Source: a virus
Lineage: Duplodnaviria > Caudoviricetes
Length of the DNA: 39,187 nucleotides
Virus record (IMG/VR): IMGVR_UViG_3300020045_011543
Coordinates: 1-39,187 of that record
Strand: one strand, 5' to 3'
Part shown: piece by piece, positions 25,529 through 34,427 of the stretch
Position numbering within the stretch: the first letter of the stretch is position 1
Layout of the letters: each line of letters begins with the position of its first letter
Notes under the pieces: generated by a model
Database searches by the model: none
What the model saw: the letters and a program-made list of their open reading frames with translations, nothing else
Told to the model about the DNA's origin: nothing
Position numbers and translations under genes: made by a program

Positions 25529-26050
25529 TTGAAAACATCCGGCAACAATACAGCTTTCCCGCAATGGGTTTACGTTGGCGTTCATATATTTCTATTGTTT
25601 GGCTTTATCCCAATTCCAAACCCGGCGCTTATAAAAGTAGGCGTAGGGGGTTCGTGGATGAACAGGCTAAAAGGAATATCGGGAACGATCACAGGCTTTG
25701 TCCTGCCTATCTTCCTGGTTTGGATTCCCGCCGCGTACTACGTAGAGCAGTGGATGCACCGGAAAATGGCATGGTTTAACGTGCCTTACTTCGGGAGCGG
25801 GAGAACGGAGTGGTTTTTGGTTGTGGTGCTGTGTTTCGTTGTCCCCGTTTTGTCTGCCTGCTTCGTTGCCTTTGTGCTTGCACTTCTTTTCGCGGGTTGT
25901 TGGCTATCTTCTTACACCCAACACGAGATCGAAGCACAGACGGCTTTAAAATGGGTCGCCGAACACCCGAAAAGTTTTCTTTATTTTGTGGCAGCGGGTA
26001 AGATTGGGGTTATTCTTTCTCAAATAGTTTTTAGAATTATCAAAATATGA
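25529..26050 (+). CDS. T5orf172/MUG113-like (GIY-YIG-related) domain fused to hydrophobic helices; start uncertain
   Basis: 'WVYV...LIKVGV...R...VEQWMH...GRTEWF' followed by TM segments; no in-frame ATG upstream, so TTG 25529 (or 25454) is assumed. Confidence 0.55.
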   Translation: MKTSGNNTAFPQWVYVGVHIFLLFGFIPIPNPALIKVGVGGSWMNRLKGISGTITGFVLPIFLVWIPAAYYVEQWMHRKMAWFNVPYFGSGRTEWFLVVVLCFVVPVLSACFVAFVLALLFAGCWLSSYTQHEIEAQTALKWVAEHPKSFLYFVAAGKIGVILSQIVFRIIKI

Positions 26051-26433
26051 GCAAACAATCCAATGTAATGAGCGTCCAGCAATTCCGGCAACGCACCGTC
26101 AAACAATCAATTCAGGCGCTGGGGCGATTGAAGCCGGGGGAAATGAACAAGACCGAGGCCGCATACGAATCCCACCTTTCCGCCCTGCAATTCGCGGGGG
26201 AAATATCGTGGTACAAGTTTGAGGGATTGAAGTTCCGGCTTGCTGACAATACCTTTTACACCCCGGATTTTGCTGTAATGCGGTCAGATGGGGTAATTGA
26301 ATTACATGAAGTAAAAGGCTTTTTTACGGATGACGCCCGCGTAAAGATCAAAGTTGCCGCTTCCTTGTACCCGTTTGCTTTCATTGTCGTGTACAAGGAC
26401 GGGAAAACGGGGTGGAAATATGAAAAATTTTAA
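26047..26433 (+). CDS. DUF1064-like PD-(D/E)XK nuclease
   Basis: 'MNKTEAAY', 'YTPDF', 'HEVKG' and 'DARVKIKVAA'. Confidence 0.82.
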   Translation: MSKQSNVMSVQQFRQRTVKQSIQALGRLKPGEMNKTEAAYESHLSALQFAGEISWYKFEGLKFRLADNTFYTPDFAVMRSDGVIELHEVKGFFTDDARVKIKVAASLYPFAFIVVYKDGKTGWKYEKF

Positions 26434-26608
26434 CATGCGCGCACGAATCTGGTTTACGGTATTTATCCTGCTGCAAATCGTCCTCGTTTCGGGGTGGTGG
26501 TGGCTTGTTGACTTGCTTCCGCTTCCGGTGTTTACGAAACTGGCAATCTTTTTCTTAGTTCCGGCAATTTGCGCATTTCTTTACCCGAAAAAAGCAGAAA
26601 AGCCATGA
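26420..26608 (+). CDS. Small two-TM membrane protein
   Basis: Two hydrophobic helices; overlaps the upstream stop. Confidence 0.6.
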   Translation: MKNFNMRARIWFTVFILLQIVLVSGWWWLVDLLPLPVFTKLAIFFLVPAICAFLYPKKAEKP

Positions 26609-26676
26609 TAGCATCAATTTTCATCGCCCTGTGTGCTGTGTTCCTTGCGAGCAAGCACGGGGACCAAAAGTAAGCC

Positions 26677-26889
26677 ATGAATCAGGAAAAATTCAACATC
26701 CTTTCTGACAAAGAGCAATGGGCATGGGTTCTTGAAAACAAAGGATTGATACAATCCATTGAACTTGATAACGATGAAACCTATATCAACCTTGAAGACA
26801 ATTATCTTGCAATGAAGTCGTATATTGGCAATAGCGGCGGCGCAGAAATCCTCCTTGAATTGCTGGGATTTACAACGCAAGGCGTTTAA
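26677..26889 (+). CDS. Hypothetical protein
   Basis: ATG start; acidic; tight packing. Confidence 0.65.
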   Translation: MNQEKFNILSDKEQWAWVLENKGLIQSIELDNDETYINLEDNYLAMKSYIGNSGGAEILLELLGFTTQGV

Positions 26890-26892
26890 CCC

Positions 26893-27414
26893 ATGCCGAC
26901 CCCTTTCCTGATCGAAAAGCGCGCCGGCAAAATGGCAGACCATTCCCGCGAAGTATTCCGGGAGCAGTTCGAGCAGTGGGAAGATGGGCTTTATCTTATT
27001 CAGGCAGTGGCTACAAAGGCGAGCTACAACGCCACCCGGTACAAGTACTGGTTTGACTGCGTCCTCGGCCTTGCCCTGCCCCGTGTGCGGGACTTCTTTG
27101 CAATGGCGGACAGTAATGCCGAAATGCACACGCCGGACACTGTGGAGCAACTACACGCGATCCTCCGGGTAATTTACAACCCCTTAACGATTGTAAGCGC
27201 TGCGACGGGCAAGGTGGTTACGATAGGGCAAACAACGACAATGCTGCCAGACAGCAAGTTTATAAACGAATTTTCGGAAACCATAATCGCCGACCTTTCC
27301 GGCGCTCCGTACTACGCTTTTCCCGATACCGGATGCCCGGATCGGCAGGAATGGGCGGACATGCGAAAAGCTGGGGAGTGGGAGCGGTTTAAAAAGGAAT
27401 GGACATGTATCTAA
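26893..27414 (+). CDS. Hypothetical protein (weakly NinB/YbcN-like)
   Basis: 'RYKYWF', 'EQLH' and 'TTTML...F', in a nin-like region. Confidence 0.6.
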   Translation: MPTPFLIEKRAGKMADHSREVFREQFEQWEDGLYLIQAVATKASYNATRYKYWFDCVLGLALPRVRDFFAMADSNAEMHTPDTVEQLHAILRVIYNPLTIVSAATGKVVTIGQTTTMLPDSKFINEFSETIIADLSGAPYYAFPDTGCPDRQEWADMRKAGEWERFKKEWTCI

Positions 27415-27638
27415 TGAAAGTCAAAGACCTGAAAAAAGCATGTGTTGGTGGTGGGTATCTGTTACTTCATACCGAATATGGCAATGCCTTTGCAATCAAT
27501 AAACGAGTTTCCCGTATAGCAGCCCGCCGGAACGGTAAGAAATACGATAACCGCCCGACTATTATAACCGGGTTCCGGGAATGCAGTTTCAACGAATACA
27601 TCACCTATAAAACGCCCTTTGTGGTTTCTGCCCGATGA
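27414..27638 (+). CDS. Hypothetical protein
   Basis: TAATG coupling upstream and ATGA coupling downstream. Confidence 0.55.
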   Translation: MKVKDLKKACVGGGYLLLHTEYGNAFAINKRVSRIAARRNGKKYDNRPTIITGFRECSFNEYITYKTPFVVSAR

Positions 27639-28009
27639 ACAAATCCAATTCACCCCGCCCCATCACCCGCGCCACGTTCACCGTCGGCTCCCGCCAAGTG
27701 TGGGAAGTTGACCGCATGGCGGAAAACGGGATCGTTCAGGACTGCGATGTTATTACCGCGTCCTATGACAAAAAGCAAAACAAAATCCGTATCTTTAAAC
27801 ACGGGCAAGAAATAGCACTATTTGAAAATCCGATGTTTTGCGTGGAGCGATTAGGCGGGCACATGACCCCGTGTTACAAGGTAACGTGCCAGGGAATCCG
27901 GGGTATACTTTGCATGAGCTCCATAGACGACCACGTAAACGATTCCCCGGTAGCCGGGGGACGGGGTCAGGCAATGGAGCCGTTGAAACTGCAAAAACTA
28001 AGGGCATGA
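27635..28009 (+). CDS. Hypothetical protein
   Basis: ATGA-coupled at both ends. Confidence 0.65.
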   Translation: MNKSNSPRPITRATFTVGSRQVWEVDRMAENGIVQDCDVITASYDKKQNKIRIFKHGQEIALFENPMFCVERLGGHMTPCYKVTCQGIRGILCMSSIDDHVNDSPVAGGRGQAMEPLKLQKLRA

Positions 28010-28368
28010 TAGCACTTGAACACCCCATCCCCGTCACATGGGTTATAGGCGAAGAAAACGGCGAGCAGATAAAAGTAACCCGCTTCGATACGGCGATGTA
28101 TTTTATAAGTCATCCGCATTTTCAGGGCGAATATTACGACACTTTACATGCCGCCTTCCTTGCCTTTGAAGCGTACGCCCGCAAGGATGCCCCACCCGCC
28201 AACCTGTCCGACCTCGACCTTTGCACCCTGGCGGAACGGTGGGTGGAGGGATTGGATTCAAGCAACGGCAACTACTACCCGCTGCGAATGCTTAGGCAGT
28301 GCGAACCAACGCCCCCATGCCGGGAGGTGTTCCTGGAGTTGGTGCGCCGGGTTCGGGAAAAAGAATAA
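28006..28368 (+). CDS. Hypothetical protein
   Basis: ATG at 28006 overlapping the upstream stop; followed by a terminator. Confidence 0.65.
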   Translation: MIALEHPIPVTWVIGEENGEQIKVTRFDTAMYFISHPHFQGEYYDTLHAAFLAFEAYARKDAPPANLSDLDLCTLAERWVEGLDSSNGNYYPLRMLRQCEPTPPCREVFLELVRRVREKE

Positions 28369-28394
28369 CTGTTCTCTACAATATCCTTTCGCAT

Positions 28395-28422
28395 CCCCCG
28401 GTCAACTTTGGCCGGGGGTTTG
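28395..28422 (+). terminator. Intrinsic terminator
   Basis: CCCCCGGTCAA-CT-TTGGCCGGGGG-TTT. Confidence 0.6.
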
Positions 28423-28428
28423 CTATTA

Positions 28429-28495
28429 TTGGTCGTTTTTTTGGCTCAATTAGTCGAGAAAATAAGGTTTTCGGGGTTGGTTGCCCGTATATTTG
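28429..28495 (+). promoter_or_regulatory. 21-bp-phased box promoter
   Basis: TTGGTCG (28429-35), TTAGTCG (28450-56), TATATTTG (28488-95); a degenerate TTGGCCG lies 21 bp further upstream. Confidence 0.72.
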
Positions 28496-28525
28496 TTTCA
28501 TCATTAACAACTAAATTTAAAGATC

Positions 28526-28771
28526 ATGACAACATTTCAAGATGCCGAAAGGCTTGTAGAGCAAATCAACGAATTCGATGAATCTACGCCGGAAAAAACG
28601 GCAGCAGTGAAAGAGAAGTTCGGCAGCCTGCTTAAAGCTGACGCTGCACTCAAGCCCCTGAAAAACGAATTGCGCGCGTTGATTGAAATCGCGACGGACA
28701 CAATGAATGACGCCGACTATATCGCCTTACGCGACATCGTGAAAAAGTGCTACATTAAGTTTCTTATCTAA
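28526..28771 (+). CDS. Small helical accessory protein (stand-alone cassette)
   Basis: Own promoter, conserved leader and terminator. Confidence 0.75.
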   Translation: MTTFQDAERLVEQINEFDESTPEKTAAVKEKFGSLLKADAALKPLKNELRALIEIATDTMNDADYIALRDIVKKCYIKFLI

Positions 28772-28778
28772 TCCCCCC

Positions 28779-28809
28779 GCCCGGCCTCAAAAACCGGGCT
28801 TTCTTTTTT
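28779..28809 (+). terminator. Intrinsic terminator
   Basis: GCCCGG/CCGGGC stem + TTTCTTTTTT. Confidence 0.65.
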
Positions 28810-28834
28810 GTACAAAAGTATTATCTTTGCAAGC

Positions 28835-30016
28835 ATGGATCGGATACGAAACCGGATACTGAAACTTGAACAGGTCGAATGGCGAAGCATAAAAGACTTG
28901 CAACCCGGCGACCTAAAGCACGTCGCAAACGCCGACCATATCCGGGCGTCCATTCTAAAAAACGGTTTCGCTTTCCCCTTCGCCGTCTGGCAAGACCCCG
29001 AAGGCGACCTCTATACCATAGACGGGCATACGCGCAAGGACGTATTGGAGGGCATGGAAAACGTGCCAAATACCTTACCCGCTTTTTTCATTGATGCCGA
29101 TAACCGGGAGGATGCTATACGCATTCTTTTGGAAGTGTACAACCAGCGCCACAACGAGATCAACCCGGTAGCGCTTACCGAGTGGTTAGAGGTGGAACAG
29201 ATCGCGGTGGAGACGGTGAACGTTGAGAGTTTGCATTCATCAGAAGTTAAGGAAGCAAGAAGCGAAGTAACGGAGGATGAATATGACGATACGCTACCCG
29301 AACACCCGGAAACGGTACTTGGTGACTTGTACGAGATCGGGCCGCATAGGTTGCTGTGTGGGGATAGCACTGATAGCGATCAGGTGGCAAGGTTGATGAA
29401 CGGGGAGAAGGGGGGTATATTGATTGCCGACCCTCCTTATGGCATAAAATTGAGGTATGTGGGAGTGATGGCTAATAACACAGATGGTAGTATTTACGGT
29501 GATGACAGTGAGTTTGATCCAATTGTATTGAATATATGGGGTGTTGCGATTCAATATGTCTTTGGGGCTGATTATTTTATCGAAAAATTACCATCTCGAA
29601 AAGGATTATGTGTATGGGCAAAAGCTCATACAGAGCAAGAAAACACGGTTTTTGGGGCTTCGTTTGAAATATTTTGGCGAAGCCACAGAGACAATCGGGA
29701 GATTTGGTACGAAAAAAGAATAAACGCCCTACCTGAAAACCTGCACAAAGTGCCTACTCAAAAACCCGTAAACTTAATAGCGCGTTGCATCAAAGACTCT
29801 GGAGTTGATGGCATTATTATTGATCCATTTGCTGGGTCAGGCACAACAATAGTTGCCGCTGATCAATTAGGCCTACGGTGTAATGCAATTGAAATAATGA
29901 CTACGTGCTGCGACGTTATCGTTAAGCGAATGATAAAACTAAACCCCGCGCTCACCATCAAACGCAACGGGGAAGATGTTACGGACTTCTGGAAAGAAAA
30001 AGCCGCGCAAGCATGA
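28835..30016 (+). CDS. ParB/Srx-domain + DNA methyltransferase fusion
   Basis: N-terminal 'SILKNGF...IDGHTR'; 'HRLLCGDST', DPPY, PTQKP and 'DPFAGSGTT'; TATCTTTG at 28822-29 just upstream. Confidence 0.88.
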   Translation: MDRIRNRILKLEQVEWRSIKDLQPGDLKHVANADHIRASILKNGFAFPFAVWQDPEGDLYTIDGHTRKDVLEGMENVPNTLPAFFIDADNREDAIRILLEVYNQRHNEINPVALTEWLEVEQIAVETVNVESLHSSEVKEARSEVTEDEYDDTLPEHPETVLGDLYEIGPHRLLCGDSTDSDQVARLMNGEKGGILIADPPYGIKLRYVGVMANNTDGSIYGDDSEFDPIVLNIWGVAIQYVFGADYFIEKLPSRKGLCVWAKAHTEQENTVFGASFEIFWRSHRDNREIWYEKRINALPENLHKVPTQKPVNLIARCIKDSGVDGIIIDPFAGSGTTIVAADQLGLRCNAIEIMTTCCDVIVKRMIKLNPALTIKRNGEDVTDFWKEKAAQA

Positions 30017-30573
30017 ACAACCCCCGCACCCGGCAGCAATGGATTTTCGAGCAGTTGGAAAGTAACGGCGGGTTGACCTATGAGGAATGCTTCACTAACT
30101 ATTCACTAAACTTCACTAAGACAAAGCGCACCTTTGCAAAGGACTGGAATAAGGCCACCCTGCGCCACAGGGAGTTGCAACAGGCGAAGGAAAAGGCCAT
30201 AACCGATACAATGGTAGGGGAAGCGGTGCAGGCCGCCCAGAACGGCTTAAAATCGAAATACGAGCGCATGTCCCGGCTTCAACTCGAAATCGAGCGCATG
30301 GAGGCCGAACTGGAAAGCGGGCGCACAATGGAAACGGTAGAGCGCGGCGGGAAGGCGGTGCAGTTTGAAAGACCGATAACGATACAGGAACGCAGTTTAA
30401 TCCGTCGCACTATGCAAGCATTCCACTCCGAAATATCGAAGATGGCGGGGGAATATGCCCCGATCAAACAGGAACACGCCGGGAAGGACGGCCAGCCCCT
30501 ACCTGCTTCCATATCCGTTACCATCCTTTCACCCGTCCCACCCGTAATGTCAGAGGATGACATTACAGACTAA
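30013..30573 (+). CDS. terS: Probable terminase small subunit
   Basis: Directly upstream of and overlapping TerL; C-terminal 'KQEHAGKDGQPL'. Confidence 0.68.
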   Translation: MNNPRTRQQWIFEQLESNGGLTYEECFTNYSLNFTKTKRTFAKDWNKATLRHRELQQAKEKAITDTMVGEAVQAAQNGLKSKYERMSRLQLEIERMEAELESGRTMETVERGGKAVQFERPITIQERSLIRRTMQAFHSEISKMAGEYAPIKQEHAGKDGQPLPASISVTILSPVPPVMSEDDITD

Positions 30574-31735
30574 ACCCATAGCGTTTTCCACTACCCCGGT
30601 TTTCCAGTGGAATTACCAGACCGGCAAGCGGGTAGTCATCAACCAGGGGGGGAGTAGTTCGGGCAAAACATACAGCATCCTGCAAGTGCTTTTGCTTCGC
30701 CTCATCGAGAACCCCGACCGCGTTTGCACCGTCATAGGCCAGGATATACCCAACCTGAAAAAAGGGGCCATGCGGGACTTAGAGCGCATCCTCACCGATT
30801 GCCCCGACTTCAACGCATTCATTTCAAGTCACAACAAAACAGACCGAACGTATAACTTCATCAACGGCTCCCTGATGGAATTTACAAGCTACGGGGATTC
30901 CTTAGACGCCCGTAGCGGAAAGCGGGACTATGCCTTTTTCAACGAGGCTAACGGTATTGCATACGACATTTACAACGAAGTGGCGATGCGTACCACCACT
31001 CAAATATTTATCGACTACAACCCCACCGCCGCTTTTTGGGCGCATACCAAATTAATGGGCCATGCCGATGCAGTTACCTTTTATTCTCGTTATACGCATA
31101 ACCCCTTCGCGCATCCGGCCATTGTTGCGCACATCGAAGGGTACAGGCTAACCGACCCGGAAAGCTGGCGGGTATACGGGCTTGGAAAAACCGGGGCCGT
31201 GCAGGGGCTTGTATTCCCTTCCGTTGCTATTGTCCCCGAACTTCCCACCCACTACCGAAAACGCGGGTACGGTTTGGACTTCGGTTTCAACCACCCCACC
31301 GCCGGGGTACTGGTTCAGGAAACGGAGGGCGAACTATACCTCCACGAAATTATGTATGCCTATGAGCAGTCGAATAAGCAGATAGCGGACACGCTCAAAG
31401 CCGCCGGGGTAGGTAATGCGGTGGTGTGGTGCGACAGCGCAGAACCCCGCACAATCGCAGAGCTTCGGGCTTTGGGGATCAATGCCCTCCCAGCGAAGAA
31501 GGGGCCGGATAGCATCACGGCGGGGATAAAGTTAATGAAAGGCTTCAAGCGTATTAATATTACGGCGGACAGCACCAATGTGCGTAAAGAACAACAGAAC
31601 TACAAGTACAAGCAGACAAAGGACGGGGCGTATTTAGACGAGCCGGTGGATGCATGGAATCACGGGAAAGACGCGGCACGCTATGCCTGCACAATGTTAT
31701 GGGGCAAACTTAATGCCTTAGACAACCTGCTTTAG
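30557..31735 (+). CDS. terL: Terminase large subunit (PBSX/SPP1-like)
   Basis: Walker A QGGSSSGKT, 'FFNEAN', 'IDYNP', 'GLDFGF', 'CDSAEP' and 'NHGKDAARYA'. Confidence 0.93.
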   Translation: MTLQTKPIAFSTTPVFQWNYQTGKRVVINQGGSSSGKTYSILQVLLLRLIENPDRVCTVIGQDIPNLKKGAMRDLERILTDCPDFNAFISSHNKTDRTYNFINGSLMEFTSYGDSLDARSGKRDYAFFNEANGIAYDIYNEVAMRTTTQIFIDYNPTAAFWAHTKLMGHADAVTFYSRYTHNPFAHPAIVAHIEGYRLTDPESWRVYGLGKTGAVQGLVFPSVAIVPELPTHYRKRGYGLDFGFNHPTAGVLVQETEGELYLHEIMYAYEQSNKQIADTLKAAGVGNAVVWCDSAEPRTIAELRALGINALPAKKGPDSITAGIKLMKGFKRINITADSTNVRKEQQNYKYKQTKDGAYLDEPVDAWNHGKDAARYACTMLWGKLNALDNLL

Positions 31736-31808
31736 CCGCCGTTGTTGCGCGTTCGTCGAAAAAACTTGCACGTATCGAACCCGCGCCGCAACTTTGAAAG
31801 AAAAAAGC

Positions 31809-32027
31809 ATGGAAAGCAATATTGAATTTTTTAGGGCTATTGTGGATTGCGATGTGTGTTATTACCGCGTTGACATTATTACCGATGTTCGACAGCAAGG
31901 CCCGTTTCTTTACCTCACCCTGAAAGGCGGGGACAAAAGGACGGCTGAATACAATTGCCCAGAAGCCGCTATGGCCGACGTTGCCGCCCTTGCCCGCTGC
32001 CCTAACTTTCGGGGTACGTTTTCCTAA
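31809..32027 (+). CDS. Small hypothetical protein
   Basis: Upstream TTCGTCG box and AACTTTGAAAGAAAAA shared with the 36252 gene. Confidence 0.6.
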   Translation: MESNIEFFRAIVDCDVCYYRVDIITDVRQQGPFLYLTLKGGDKRTAEYNCPEAAMADVAALARCPNFRGTFS

Positions 32028-32029
32028 CT

Positions 32030-32096
32030 TTCGTCGAGTAACTGCCACGATTGGTCGTAATTTGTTGGCTTTTCGTGGCTGGTTGCTGTATATTTG
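32030..32096 (+). promoter_or_regulatory. 21-bp-phased box promoter
   Basis: TTCGTCG (32030-36), TTGGTCG (32051-57), TATATTTG (32089-96). Confidence 0.72.
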
Positions 32097-32129
32097 TTGT
32101 ATCAATTAACGATTAAAAATTAAACGATC

Positions 32130-32339
32130 ATGGCAAACTTAGAAGGATTCATCGCCAATCAAATTGGCGATCTTGCAGAAGTGATTATGCACAAGGGTGT
32201 AAGCGGCATAGAATTTATCCCCAATGATGGCGTTGAAGTAAACGTTGCAATTGATGCGGTTTTTGCGGCAGTAATCGCAAACAACGAAAGTGCCTTAACC
32301 GCCGCCGCCGCAAAATTCGCTAAGATTATTCGCTTGTAA
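32130..32339 (+). CDS. Small accessory protein
   Basis: Conserved cassette leader ...TTAAACGATCATG. Confidence 0.72.
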   Translation: MANLEGFIANQIGDLAEVIMHKGVSGIEFIPNDGVEVNVAIDAVFAAVIANNESALTAAAAKFAKIIRL

Positions 32340-32389
32340 TGCCCGCCCCCAGCCCCGCGCCGGGCTTCACCTTTTAAATTCAAAACGCG

Positions 32390-32608
32390 ATGCCGTTAAC
32401 GCTAACTTGCAAAATAACAGCCCTCACCCCTGACGGGTCGGGCTATGAAACAGATATTCCAAACGGGGACGGTTCGCCGTTCCTGTATTACCCGCGCTAC
32501 AATGAAGCAAGCCCGGCAATGGTCGGGAAAACCCTTACCGTAACCTACGCATCGGAAACCGTAACCTACGCATCAGAAATGGTGCGGACAAGCGAGCGGG
32601 TGGGATGA
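32390..32608 (+). CDS. Hypothetical protein with internal 7-aa duplication
   Basis: ATG start; TVTYASE x2. Confidence 0.6.
   Translation: MPLTLTCKITALTPDGSGYETDIPNGDGSPFLYYPRYNEASPAMVGKTLTVTYASETVTYASEMVRTSERVG
32537..32578. repeat. 21-bp tandem duplication
   Basis: ACCGTAACCTACGCATCGGAA / ACCGTAACCTACGCATCAGAA. Confidence 0.9.
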
Positions 32609-32817
32609 AAAGATACTTCTTCTTTGCCGCATCATATCGAACCGAACTCGCTGCTGGGTCGTGCAACTTCGGGACAGTGCTATCAGAAGGCGTATTTCCG
32701 TCAATTGATTTCTTGAAAAAGATAGTCAAAGAAAGGGAAACAAGAGCATTCGATATAGTAATACTTTCGATTTGCGAACTTGCAGCCGAAGATTATAAAT
32801 TCTTGTTCAAACTTTAA
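32605..32817 (+). CDS. Hypothetical protein
   Basis: ATGA overlap; 'IVILSICELAAEDY' C-terminus. Confidence 0.65.
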   Translation: MKRYFFFAASYRTELAAGSCNFGTVLSEGVFPSIDFLKKIVKERETRAFDIVILSICELAAEDYKFLFKL

Positions 32818-32845
32818 CGCAAGTGGAGTAATCGCTTTTCCCCGT

Positions 32846-32873
32846 CCCCGGTCGCAGTTGGCCGGGGGCTTTT
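32846..32873 (+). terminator. Intrinsic terminator
   Basis: CCCCGGTC/GGCCGGGG stem + TTTT; similar to the hairpin at 28395. Confidence 0.6.
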
Positions 32874-32915
32874 CTATTGCGCTAAATATCTTATCTTTGT
32901 GGTAAATACCGCAAC

Positions 32916-34058
32916 ATGTTACGACAGCACAACCCGCACAACGTCATAGCCTTTTACGACTTCGACAGCAACGAGGCACACAAAGGCTATCTGCACAGCC
33001 CCGTCGCGTCCTTGCCCCCGTTCCAGTTCACCTACCCCGATGACGGGGAAACAGTGGACACATGGGCACTTGTAAACGTAGACACTGGGGTAGAATCGGC
33101 GCAAACCGTCGGGCAAATAGAAGTCGAAGCCGTTACAGCACTCAATACATCTTGGTTCACGTACAAGGGTACAGCCCTCACCAACGCCCCCGTCCCCGGC
33201 ATGTACCAGATTGTCGTTACTTTAACGGGGGGGGGCGTAATCCGTTCTCACCGCATCTTAATGACACGGGCATTCGATTCCTTCGCCGCGTTAGGGCTTG
33301 CAGTAGGTGACTGCCTTTCCGACCCGGAGGGCTTGGTTTTTTCGATTGACTTTGCCGCTACCTTCGGAGCATGGGGAACAGATCGGGTTTTACTCGACTT
33401 GAACGATACGGGGAATTTCGTATTCATTTCTACCCTTTCCGACTTCACCCTGACGCATACTGATCTTGGAACTACTGGCGGCGCGCCAATCATCCGTATA
33501 GAAACAACGACTGTGCTGCCTAACGAACCCGGAGCCGTAAACACGGTATACCGGGACTACCGTTATACGTGGGCAGAGGGCTTTCCGTGCGACGGGGTAC
33601 TGACTGCCGTTGCAACATCGCAGGCGGAATACGCGCAGGATGCGTATGTATTGGCGTTCACGAACACGAACGACCTGCAAGACCTGGCACTGCTCTACCA
33701 AACCAGCTACATCCAAAAGTTCTATTTCTTTGGGTATAGGCTTGAACACGTCCCGGTACTCGATCAAAACTTTGAGCTTAACGGCGAAGGCGGGCGCTTC
33801 CTGTCCCAGGTCACGAACCGGGAACAAATCGCGCTGGACTTCTGGCCCATGCCCGACTACTTGCAGGCGGTACTTCAAGCCGCCGATCAGCACGATACCG
33901 TGACCCTTCGCAACTTCGGGGGGACGGATGAAACGATCTATGAGATTGGCTGTGAAAAGAAAGACGTAGCCGGGGCTGTGTGTCCGGGCGGTACTTTGCG
34001 CTTTACGTCGGCGCCCGTGGCGGTGCAGGGGTGTGAAACCGATTACGAATTAGCGTAA
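32916..34058 (+). CDS. Probable virion structural (tail) protein
   Basis: Acidic, beta-rich, Thr/Cys composition like the other structural genes; TATCTTTG at 32892-99. Confidence 0.55.
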   Translation: MLRQHNPHNVIAFYDFDSNEAHKGYLHSPVASLPPFQFTYPDDGETVDTWALVNVDTGVESAQTVGQIEVEAVTALNTSWFTYKGTALTNAPVPGMYQIVVTLTGGGVIRSHRILMTRAFDSFAALGLAVGDCLSDPEGLVFSIDFAATFGAWGTDRVLLDLNDTGNFVFISTLSDFTLTHTDLGTTGGAPIIRIETTTVLPNEPGAVNTVYRDYRYTWAEGFPCDGVLTAVATSQAEYAQDAYVLAFTNTNDLQDLALLYQTSYIQKFYFFGYRLEHVPVLDQNFELNGEGGRFLSQVTNREQIALDFWPMPDYLQAVLQAADQHDTVTLRNFGGTDETIYEIGCEKKDVAGAVCPGGTLRFTSAPVAVQGCETDYELA

Positions 34059-34071
34059 ACATAGATAAGGA

Positions 34072-34347
34072 ATGCTAACAATTATATTTGAGGATGGCGA
34101 TGTTATCTCTGCCAATATCCCGATAACATCTTACTTCGTGCAGCAAGTCGAGGCAAAGAAAACCCAACACCTTAGCCCGGTAGAGGTGTACGCGGACGGG
34201 GATGAGCATGAATTAATTTGCACCCGCTTTGCTAACTTGCCACATGGGCGCCACGTGACTGCATGGGTAGGCGAGTGGGCGAAATTTATTGCCGTAAACA
34301 TGAAATCGCTGGAATGGGTGCGAAAAATGGCATTGGAAGAATTATAG
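34072..34347 (+). CDS. Hypothetical protein
   Basis: ATG ORF filling the gap before the convergent gene. Confidence 0.6.
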   Translation: MLTIIFEDGDVISANIPITSYFVQQVEAKKTQHLSPVEVYADGDEHELICTRFANLPHGRHVTAWVGEWAKFIAVNMKSLEWVRKMALEEL

Positions 34348-34427
34348 AGTACATCAATTCCCGCGTCGCAGAAATACAGGCACAAGGCGAAGACATGCAC
34401 AGCACGGTATTGCGACAGGGCGCAGTC

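Noticed and set aside
12180-32130. Dispersed repeated leader sequences as a CRISPR array or integron attC sites
   Set aside because: Copies are kilobases apart, non-palindromic and always coincide with TAnnTTTG promoters; no cas or integron integrase gene is present.
32537-32578. 21-bp duplication as a member of the 21-bp box regulon
   Set aside because: Different sequence, in-frame within a CDS and with no adjacent -7 box; a simple tandem duplication.
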